Source: a virus. Taken from it: 63,707 nucleotides of DNA. The DNA lies in IMG/VR virus record IMGVR_UViG_3300018719_000005, positions 1 to 63,707 of that record; one strand, 5' to 3'. The notes under the pieces were generated by a model. It had not been told where the DNA came from and did not search any database. It worked only from the letters and a program-made list of their open reading frames with translations. Positions 54,392 through 62,012 of this stretch are shown in pieces. The position numbers and the translations under genes were made by a program. Numbering within the stretch: the first letter of the stretch is position 1; the number at the start of each line of letters is the position of its first letter.

Positions 54392-55600
54392 TTATCCGTT
54401 TCGGGTAATTCCAATATCTTTGATCTTTTTGATAATAATATCATTATATATTGTAGAGTCGTGTCCATTGTGAGCCCTTCTGTGACAGTTAGGACAGACA
54501 GCTGCAACCCAATCCGGATGATCAGGTCCTCCATCCGATAGCTTACGTAAATGATGCACTTCCAAAAATGGCTCCCCAGATTTATTGATAAAAGGAGCTG
54601 GTTTCCCGCATGCTTCACAAACACCATTTGCTCGTTTTAAAGCGTACTGTTTTACAGCTAGGCTTCTTTCTCGGTAAACGGCTTTCCGTTCTTTAACAGA
54701 AGTCCTTGCTGATTCTTGTAAACCTTCAATTGCCTTTCTGCGCAAGTCCTCTAGAGATAAAGAGCGAATATGTTCCATTGCCTCAAGGTTAAACGTCTCA
54801 GCCACAGCGTCTTCGCTTGGCATAAGTTCAAAAACGATCACTTTTCTCTCTCTACCTTTGCTGTCTTTATCTTTTATTTGATGACCAATGTAGCTCATTT
54901 GACCAACATAATAAACAATGCCGGATCCAGCTACACGATATTCAAACAAGTGAATGTCTTCTCCATTTTCATGGTGGTCCCTAATAGCTTTATTACCCTT
55001 GGTAAACTCCATATCCCCTTCCTGTCCTTCACCGGTATACAAGAAGATACCTTCATCAGACCAACCATCTTTGTACCCGTGATCCTCTCCCCGATCTCCA
55101 GTGAAGGCAAGAATGATTGGGAATTTAGCTGGCGTAGAAATACCACCTTGCTGCTGGCCACCTAGCATTGCGTGGAGATCTTTTCTCCGGACCTCCCTAC
55201 CTGGGACAAACAACTTTTCAATGTCGCCGAGTTCTATCTCAGTATCAGCAACTTCTGCTTCTGCTTCTGCTTCTGCTTCTGCTTCTGCTTCTGCTTCTGC
55301 CGGGAAAGTGTAATTGCATTCAATCAATCGTTGGCGCGCAATTTCCCTCTCTTCATCAGTAAATAAGTCTTTATAATGGGCATCAAGAATTAGAGCCTCC
55401 ATTGAAAGATCCAAGCGTCCCTCTTCCCACAATCTACTTAACCCTGATTGGTCCTTTCCCCTGAGTATGCTCTTGGCAACAATCACTCCGTTTTGTCTTG
55501 TGAGCATTTGAAAGAACCCCGTTGGGTTATAAGTTGTCTCTCGCTTGGTTCTTTGGCATGTATCAAGCAGAGCCTTATGAAACTGATGTTTTAGATCCAT
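54392..55600 (-). CDS. SRA(YDG)-HNH nuclease, type IV (modification-dependent) restriction-like, with N-terminal helical domain and (AE)8 linker
   Basis: SRA core: RRKDLHAMLGGQQQGGIS...ILAFTGDRGEDHGYKDGWSDEGIFLYTGEGQEGD. HNH motif: CEACG...LEVHHLRKLSDGG...CPNCHRRAH. Confidence 0.8.
   Translation of the reverse strand: MDLKHQFHKALLDTCQRTKRETTYNPTGFFQMLTRQNGVIVAKSILRGKDQSGLSRLWEEGRLDLSMEALILDAHYKDLFTDEEREIARQRLIECNYTFPAEAEAEAEAEAEAEAEVADTEIELGDIEKLFVPGREVRRKDLHAMLGGQQQGGISTPAKFPIILAFTGDRGEDHGYKDGWSDEGIFLYTGEGQEGDMEFTKGNKAIRDHHENGEDIHLFEYRVAGSGIVYYVGQMSYIGHQIKDKDSKGRERKVIVFELMPSEDAVAETFNLEAMEHIRSLSLEDLRRKAIEGLQESARTSVKERKAVYRERSLAVKQYALKRANGVCEACGKPAPFINKSGEPFLEVHHLRKLSDGGPDHPDWVAAVCPNCHRRAHNGHDSTIYNDIIIKKIKDIGITRNG
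55252..55299 (-). repeat. Perfect hexanucleotide tandem repeat (CTTCTG)8 = (GCAGAA)8 on the coding strand
   Basis: Counted directly. It encodes AEAEAEAEAEAEAEAE between the N-terminal and SRA domains. Confidence 0.95.
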
Positions 55601-55908
55601 TATGGCAGCCCCTTGGTAATTAGGATGTATACTTACATTTCGCCAAATAGTGCCAATTACCTACAATTAAAGATTGTCATTTTACGACATAAAACGACAA
55701 AACCTCCTGATCTGTGATCAAGAGGCTAATAAGTTTTGTGCTTTCAATTTATTATTTCTCTTTTATTTTCACACCAGCTAAGTCCTTGAATATCTCCCTT
55801 TTTTTGTCCTCCACTCGTTCGAAAGAGAAAGTTCTGAGCGAAATAATTTTATTTTCACCGTTATAGACTTCTTCTTTAATCAGAAGTCTAGGAGCATAAT
55901 ATTTTTTG

Positions 55909-56604
55909 TCATTTTAAAGCTTGTATTAGTTTCATGACTTGGTCTTTGCTTGCAAACGACTCGTCAATAGAAATAAAAGTGATCATGGTAATTGGCTTCC
56001 TTGCTTTTGCAGCTGCTAGTATTTTATGATGCCCATCTAACAAATAATAAGAATGCAGCCAAATCTCATCGAAGTTTATATCAAAAAGTGGAAATTTTAT
56101 GTCTAGAAAAGAAACACATAATGCTGTCGGAGCTTCCTTTATTTCTGTTTTCTTCATGTATTCATGGATGACTGTTTGATCTAATGACTCACTTGGTTGA
56201 AATGGCACCACATATTCCTCGATTTTCTTTCCACGACCTACTAGTCTTGATCCAATTTTATAATATTCACTCCCATCAGCCTGTCTTTTCAAGCGTGGAT
56301 ATACTTTCAACAACGCCACAATATACTGCCCATTTGGAATGATACATGATAATTTTGCAACAAATTCATTAGTTAGCTCAGTTAATCCATCATTTAATTT
56401 GTTTGATAAAAATGTTGGATTAATTTTTTTCGCTCCTGATACTTTGACAAGAAACAGGCATGTTTCACAATCAATCCCTGTATTCGCTATCTCTTCTCCG
56501 TTAATAGTAAGATATCTTTGGCGATAGCCATCTCTCTTGTATTCGATAGGCGATGTAGAATCAGATATTGTGGTGTGATCTAAATAGCTTAAAAGTTTGG
56601 TCAT
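55909..56604 (-). CDS. Hypothetical protein (231 aa) with a ParB/Srx-like DGHHK motif near the C-terminus
   Basis: Motif: YYLLDGHHKILAAAKARKPITMITFI. No other recognisable motif. Confidence 0.55.
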   Translation of the reverse strand: MTKLLSYLDHTTISDSTSPIEYKRDGYRQRYLTINGEEIANTGIDCETCLFLVKVSGAKKINPTFLSNKLNDGLTELTNEFVAKLSCIIPNGQYIVALLKVYPRLKRQADGSEYYKIGSRLVGRGKKIEEYVVPFQPSESLDQTVIHEYMKKTEIKEAPTALCVSFLDIKFPLFDINFDEIWLHSYYLLDGHHKILAAAKARKPITMITFISIDESFASKDQVMKLIQALK

Positions 56605-56967
56605 TATGCCAATGTCTCCTATTAATTCTTCTTATAATAAATTTATCATTATATTACTTATCCTTATGTCGTTTAAAAATCGCTATCACATCTCTTGAAG
56701 CCCCTTGTGACTGAGGTAATAAAAAGAATTAATCCAGCCCATACATTAAATCGTCTTGCTACTAAAACATTTAGAATTATTACAAATACAAACACAATTA
56801 CTTTGAACGTTATCTCAATCCATGTGTTCATTCACAGCACATCGGCTCCCATATAAAATTGTACTTACTTAATCCCACAGTTCATGATTCAATCATTTAT
56901 TCATCAACGACAATCTCCAATCTTCCGTCATATAAAGTTTTAACCCAAAAGTCAGCTAAAAAATTCT

Positions 56968-57231
56968 TCAATTAATCTTATTCCATACCTTTAGTGCGAC
57001 AGGATAACATTTTTCAATGGTATAATTTTGCGCATCAACAAAATCTTTTCCAAACCAGTTCACAAAGACATTGTGAATTCCCCTGGCTAAATCATCTACC
57101 GATCCTACATAAGCGAGGATTTCTACAATATCTTCTATCTCGCTGTCATACTCGTCATCTGGTGCATGTGACATTAAACAGATAGGGTCCCATTCATATA
57201 TCACTTCTTTAACGATAGAGAATCTATTCAT
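56968..57231 (-). CDS. DUF1871-like small protein
   Basis: Motif: EWDPICLMSHAPDDEYDSEIEDIVEIL. 4-nt overlap with the pentapeptide gene. Confidence 0.55.
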   Translation of the reverse strand: MNRFSIVKEVIYEWDPICLMSHAPDDEYDSEIEDIVEILAYVGSVDDLARGIHNVFVNWFGKDFVDAQNYTIEKCYPVALKVWNKIN

Positions 57232-57731
57232 AATTTCCCCTTGGATTCTATTTTAATCGCACCCTTGGCAACTGGATCAAATCCTATTGGCCACACCGTA
57301 CTGTCATCGAACGTCGCTTTATCGAGACTAATATCATCAATACGTTCGCAAAGCATAATAGCGCCTTCCAGGTTTGAATTATCAAATTTTGCTCCAAACA
57401 CGTCCGCACCAGTAAAATCTGCGTTTTGTAGATTGGCTCCCGAAAACTTGGCGCCGATCGCAAGACTCTCTCGGAAATTTGCGTTAACTAAATTGGCATT
57501 TTGAAGTAACGCATTCATCAACATAGCTTTGGATAAATTAGCACAACTTAAATCTGCACCATCTAACTCCGCGGATCGTAAGTTAGCTTCAACAAAACTT
57601 GCTCCTCTTAAATTCGCATTCGATAACAGAGCTCGGTGTAAATTAACCCCATCAAGAACTACTTTTTGAAGTGTATCCGCTTCAACAATTACGTTGCCAA
57701 CTTCTTGGGCATGACTTTTAATAACGATCAT
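57228..57731 (-). CDS. Pentapeptide-repeat protein
   Basis: About 20 consecutive A(D/N)LXX units, e.g. ANLRGASFVEANLRSAELDGADLSCANLSKA. Confidence 0.9.
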   Translation of the reverse strand: MIVIKSHAQEVGNVIVEADTLQKVVLDGVNLHRALLSNANLRGASFVEANLRSAELDGADLSCANLSKAMLMNALLQNANLVNANFRESLAIGAKFSGANLQNADFTGADVFGAKFDNSNLEGAIMLCERIDDISLDKATFDDSTVWPIGFDPVAKGAIKIESKGKL

Positions 57732-58019
57732 TCATGCTCACCTCGTCAAAGTCATTGCAAGTCTTCCGTAAGCTCAATTTTTTTTTATTGACCATTCTTT
57801 AAAGCCTTTCAGTATTTCAGTTAGATTTTTAGGGCCGCCTGCTGCTATAAACATACCTTCAGTGACTTTACAATAGAACCAATCGTTTTCTGTACGGTCA
57901 ACTTTAATTGGTCACTCCTTATCAACTGTACCTTTTAGATGGAGAATGGCATTTAATCAACTAATTCGGATGCCAGCACATTCAGCATTTTACTCCCTTA
58001 GTGTTTTACAATTTTCAGT

Positions 58020-58511
58020 TTACAATGGAATTTGAATATCTTTGGATTGGATGTAATAAATTTGTTCATATTCGGACTCATAATAACCAACTTTGTATTT
58101 ATTAAAATCAATGAGATCGCTAAATGAATCTGGGACTTTGCAATCCCACTTTATAAAGTCGAATTTAATTGGGAAATCATTAATATTTGGATTTGGCGTG
58201 TGAACATACACTGCGTCCGCTCCACTATCTTCCTCATGTATACATATCCATGATTGATAAGGCTTATTGAAACTTTCTAGTTGCCGCAAAAAATTAGAGT
58301 AAAGTACAATATGTGCTTTTATGTGTTCCCTTCTAACTTTTAAACTACAGTTGCCTAATCCACGAAAGTCGAGGTGTCTATGCCATAAATCGTACCAGGA
58401 ATCATTTTCGACATGTAGCTGATAATTCTCTACCAATGACCATAAGTTCTTAAAGTACCTTCTTTTCCCACGAAGCTTTTTCATCATTCCATCTCCAAAA
58501 CGTATTGACAT
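58020..58511 (-). CDS. Hypothetical protein (about 155-163 aa)
   Basis: ORF downstream of the ARH gene on the same strand with a 33-nt gap. Confidence 0.5.
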   Translation of the reverse strand: MSIRFGDGMMKKLRGKRRYFKNLWSLVENYQLHVENDSWYDLWHRHLDFRGLGNCSLKVRREHIKAHIVLYSNFLRQLESFNKPYQSWICIHEEDSGADAVYVHTPNPNINDFPIKFDFIKWDCKVPDSFSDLIDFNKYKVGYYESEYEQIYYIQSKDIQIPL

Positions 58512-58544
58512 TACCAGATAATTCTATCCATATAAGAACTACAT

Positions 58545-59486
58545 TCACATCTTTTTTATATACAATTGCTCCGCCATGGATTCAATTTTTTGCCTTTGTA
58601 CCAATTTTTCAAACATTCGAGTAGGCAACCCAGAGAATCCATAATATGCTCCGGCCAGTTGTCCGTAAACTGCACCAGTTGTATCAGCATCATCCCCCAG
58701 ATTCACAGCAAGTAAGACTCCATCTTCAAAGCTATCAGTGTTATAAAATGCCCATAATGCTGCTTCAAGTGATTCAACTACGTACCCACTACCCTTTACT
58801 TGTTGAGCGTTCTTTTCTTTAAAGGAACCTCTCGCAATTTCTTCGATTTTAGGTGTTAAAGGCTCAGTCCTCCACGAATCATTAAGGGGAGAGAATAACT
58901 CTGAAAGTAATTCCTCTTTGGAACAACCATATAGTGCCCCTGTAATCAATCCACCAAAGTATCTGCATGCATCAACGGTTTCTTTACTTGGATGAGTTGT
59001 GACCGAGCTTCTACCACTCATTTCTATAGCTTTTAGTGGATCATTAGCATAAAACATTGGCACTGGTGCTAATCTCATGATGGATCCATTGCCTGCTGAC
59101 CAAGGATCGTAAGAGCCGCTAAATGGCTGTCCCGTTTTTTCAAAAAGAATTAGAGCCTCTCTTGTTGCATTGCCAATATCAAAGCAGTAGCCTTTACAGC
59201 TAAAGTATCCTTCTCTATACCATTTAAGGTAACGTGTCATTTGATCCTTGGCATCAAAACCATTACATTCAAGCAAACTTTCTGCTAGACACAATGCCAT
59301 AGAGGTATCATCTGTCCATTCACCAGGCTCCAGCTCGTGAACTCCACCACCTACAATGTCTGTAATTGGCTGAAAACTCCCTGGTTTATAAAACTCAAGA
59401 GTTGCTCCTAGTGCGTCACCGATTACTAATCCAAGCAGGCTACCTTTAAATCTATCAATTTGTTCCAAGGCTACCACTCCTAACAC
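58545..59486 (-). CDS. ADP-ribosylglycohydrolase (ARH/DraG family)
   Basis: Motifs: GSLLGLVIGDALGATLEF, EWTDDTSMALCLAESL, GDDADTTGAVYGQLAGAYYG. Confidence 0.9.
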   Translation of the reverse strand: MLGVVALEQIDRFKGSLLGLVIGDALGATLEFYKPGSFQPITDIVGGGVHELEPGEWTDDTSMALCLAESLLECNGFDAKDQMTRYLKWYREGYFSCKGYCFDIGNATREALILFEKTGQPFSGSYDPWSAGNGSIMRLAPVPMFYANDPLKAIEMSGRSSVTTHPSKETVDACRYFGGLITGALYGCSKEELLSELFSPLNDSWRTEPLTPKIEEIARGSFKEKNAQQVKGSGYVVESLEAALWAFYNTDSFEDGVLLAVNLGDDADTTGAVYGQLAGAYYGFSGLPTRMFEKLVQRQKIESMAEQLYIKKM

Positions 59487-59718
59487 TAAATAAGGTCACT
59501 TCATTGCTATTTACTCGTGCAACTTCTTTTCAAGTTGCCTTAGAATTTGTTGCACACTAAATGGATGTCTATTTTCTTCAAATAACATTACTTTTTGTTT
59601 TTTCTCATGCAAAGCGAAAACACATTCCCAAAATTATACATTGTTTTGCAAATGGAAAAAAGTCTAAACAAATGGTAAAATACGACTATGAGAACATGCG
59701 TTCCTAGAAGGTGATCTG

Positions 59719-60207
59719 ATGAAACTGTCCTACTCCCCATCCCCCCTTGAGTCCTGGGTGACTCACTTTTATAAGCAACTAGGAATTTACTCACCTGAGG
59801 AACTGGACGAACACCGAATTGCAAAGGCATTAGACATTTATCTTTTCTACAAAGAAGTTCCATCCATGGCTTATGAGCTAGGTCGATTTAAAAGCATTAC
59901 CGTAGACAAGCGACTTCCGATAAAGGTGCAGAGAGAGCATTTTTTTCATGAACTATGCCATATCCTCCGGCATGCAGGCCGACAGATCATGATGCCTGAA
60001 GCATTTCGGGAGTTACAGGAATGGGATGCGAGGAATTTTACCCGGTATGCCGCCTTACCGTTGCACCTGATAACAAAGTATGACTATAAGGAACCAGGGT
60101 TTGTGGACTTGCTATCTGAAGATTTTATGGTAACTCCTGAGTTGTGTGAGGACAGAATACTGAGGATAAAAAGTAAGCTTATAGAAAATCAATGCAAATC
60201 AAGATAA
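59719..60207 (+). CDS. immA: ImmA/IrrE-family metalloprotease (anti-repressor protease)
   Basis: HEXXH motif within FFHELCHILRH. Size and context are typical of ImmA. Confidence 0.85.
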   Translation: MKLSYSPSPLESWVTHFYKQLGIYSPEELDEHRIAKALDIYLFYKEVPSMAYELGRFKSITVDKRLPIKVQREHFFHELCHILRHAGRQIMMPEAFRELQEWDARNFTRYAALPLHLITKYDYKEPGFVDLLSEDFMVTPELCEDRILRIKSKLIENQCKSR

Positions 60208-60415
60208 GTCTTATCTAGTACACCCCCTCCATTAACACATTACTTTTTTACTATAAACGACAAAAAACGACAGTTTTCTCAATTAATTAGCGGTATTATT
60301 TGAGGTGCCTAGGTTTTCCTACAATTTTTATTTGTTTGCAATTTGATGGACATATATATTCCCTCTTTGGGAAGCCTCATTTGATTTAAAAAGTATGTGT
60401 TGAGAAGGTGGATAT

Positions 60416-61330
60416 ATGGCAAAACGAACTTTTTACGCGGCTAAAATAAATATTCACGGCAATATTTTCAGTCAGAATCTCCAAGAGTTAATTCATATTT
60501 ATATTCCAAATACAATTCTCGAATCAGTTCCAATTAAAGTTAACACATGGAATTGGACGTTTACGGATGTTAAAGAAGTTATTAGTAACGATCGTAAGAT
60601 TATAGTAGGTAATGTTACTAAGTCTAAATATCAAAATCAGACGGTCAGAATAAATACAGTGACAAAACGGGTCAAATCCGAACACGAATTAGCCTACAGA
60701 GCATTTTTTGTCTATGATCCTATTGGTGAAATACTAGCTCATGAAAGCACTTCCTCAATAAGTGCAAATGAGTTTATTTATATGTTTAAAAATCTTTTAA
60801 GTCGCAATCCATTGATTGGTGAAGTAAAAATAGTTCCTGTTCCAGAGCCTTTTATGATAAGGAAAGAGATCTTATCCATTGAAAAATTGACCCAGGTTAA
60901 CTTTCATTTGATACATCCAAATCCAGGAAAGCAGGAATTTAATCTTTATCAAAGAATGATTAAAGAAAACAGACTTAAAGAACTTGACATTAAAATGACG
61001 AATAAAGATGGTCTTGACTTATCATCTAAGGAAACAATAACTAATGTTCATGAAAATAAACCTACGTTTACAAATGCTATTGAAGATGGGATAGCCCTTG
61101 TCGAGGCTGGATATGGACAAGTTGAAGTTCGTGGTTATGATGAAGTTAAGATTCAAGGAAAAAAGAAGGAGTTAACTAGAAAACAACGAAGGGCGTTCTC
61201 TTCCAAGCGTTCCGTCCGTACGTTAAAATCGAGTGAGAGAGATAACTCAAGGTTGCTTCCTCGTATTGTTGACTTTATTCTTGATGTAATAAATAAACAC
61301 CAAAAAGAAGGTGGTAACATTGAAGGGTAA
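60416..61330 (+). CDS. Unknown 304-aa protein (architecture reminiscent of DUF4747; low certainty)
   Basis: SD GAGAAGGTGG before the ATG. Motifs: KIIVGNVTKSKYQNQ, AFFVYDPIGEILAHES, VNFHLIHPNPGKQEFN. Basic C-terminal tail. Confidence 0.6.
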   Translation: MAKRTFYAAKINIHGNIFSQNLQELIHIYIPNTILESVPIKVNTWNWTFTDVKEVISNDRKIIVGNVTKSKYQNQTVRINTVTKRVKSEHELAYRAFFVYDPIGEILAHESTSSISANEFIYMFKNLLSRNPLIGEVKIVPVPEPFMIRKEILSIEKLTQVNFHLIHPNPGKQEFNLYQRMIKENRLKELDIKMTNKDGLDLSSKETITNVHENKPTFTNAIEDGIALVEAGYGQVEVRGYDEVKIQGKKKELTRKQRRAFSSKRSVRTLKSSERDNSRLLPRIVDFILDVINKHQKEGGNIEG

Positions 61331-61865
61331 TGATCCCTCGGATTTTTATGAATTAAAATGGGAAGACACTACTTTTTGGGGCCTTTTTAAAAAATCAGGA
61401 AAATCAACCTTAAAGAACTGGACTTGGTTTTGGGCCCTTATAATCACATTATGGTTTGTCATATTCTTCGTAATGAATAGCGCAAGTTTTGTGGAAGGTG
61501 TTTTTGCTTTCTCTTCTGCACTAGCTGGGACACTATTAGGAGCCTCTGCTGGCATTTTTGGTATTGTGATTGCTTCATTAACGTTGTCAGTAACATTATT
61601 TAGAAAGTCCCTATTACCAATAATGTTAAAAGAAAATTTATTACAAAGCTTTTTATTCCCCTTTTGGTTTTCAGTATCCTTATGGTCATTAAATATTGTA
61701 CTATGTCTTATTCTGTTTGCTATTCAAATTCTCAATCAAAAATGTTTAGCTCCCTATTTCTTTTTTCTTGAATTATATCTTTTCATCTATTCAACGTTTT
61801 ATACTGTTAGACTTACAGGTCTAGTAATTAGACTTTCATTACAAAATGCACAGATCGAAGACTAA
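61320..61865 (+). CDS. Four-TM membrane protein overlapping the preceding gene (start TTG 61320 or GTG 61311)
   Basis: SD AAGGTGG upstream. TM helices WFWALIITLWFVIFFV, LLGASAGIFGIVIASLTLSV, FLFPFWFSVSLWSLNIVLCLILFAI, FFFLELYLFIYSTFY. Confidence 0.6.
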   Translation: MKGNDPSDFYELKWEDTTFWGLFKKSGKSTLKNWTWFWALIITLWFVIFFVMNSASFVEGVFAFSSALAGTLLGASAGIFGIVIASLTLSVTLFRKSLLPIMLKENLLQSFLFPFWFSVSLWSLNIVLCLILFAIQILNQKCLAPYFFFLELYLFIYSTFYTVRLTGLVIRLSLQNAQIED

Positions 61866-61870
61866 TGTTT

Positions 61871-61915
61871 CCCTTTCTTTCAACGATTGACACTACGTTT
61901 AGAAAGGGTATTTTT
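61871..61915 (+). terminator. Hairpin + T-run after the membrane-protein gene
   Basis: ccctttct (61871-78) pairs with agaaaggg (61901-08), followed by tattttta. Confidence 0.5.
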
Positions 61916-62012
61916 ACAAACTCAATTAGAACGTATGTTCTATTCGGGTGATGTTCGATTAGTTAAACAAGTATCGTACTAAAATTGTATTTCGTAACAA
62001 TGAGGTGAGAGC

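Noticed and set aside
54364-54627. 87-aa minus-strand ORF overlapping the 3' end of the SRA-HNH gene
   Set aside because: It lies out of frame inside the HNH motif region. The real downstream gene starts at ATG 54364. The sequence looks non-protein-like.
55252-55299. Possible CRISPR array or other repeat-spacer structure
   Set aside because: This is a contiguous 6-nt microsatellite without spacers. No repeat-spacer array was seen anywhere in the window.
55101-55366. Three plus-strand ORFs with poly-Leu, poly-(Cys-Phe) or poly-(Ser-Ala) runs
   Set aside because: They are artefacts of reading the (CTTCTG)8 microsatellite in the antisense frames of the SRA-HNH gene.
57775-57908. 44-codon ATT-initiated frame behind AAGGAG, ending in a T9/A9 homopolymer (57778-57786) just upstream of the pentapeptide gene. 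A 1-nt slip would extend it into that gene's start.
   Set aside because: The start is non-canonical and the frame is short. The phase-variation idea rests on a single homopolymer. This is too speculative without read-level length heterogeneity.
59588-59863. 91-aa minus-strand ORF spanning the ARH/immA divergent promoter region and the immA start
   Set aside because: It overlaps the well-supported immA start on the opposite strand, is AT-rich with low complexity, and has no SD.
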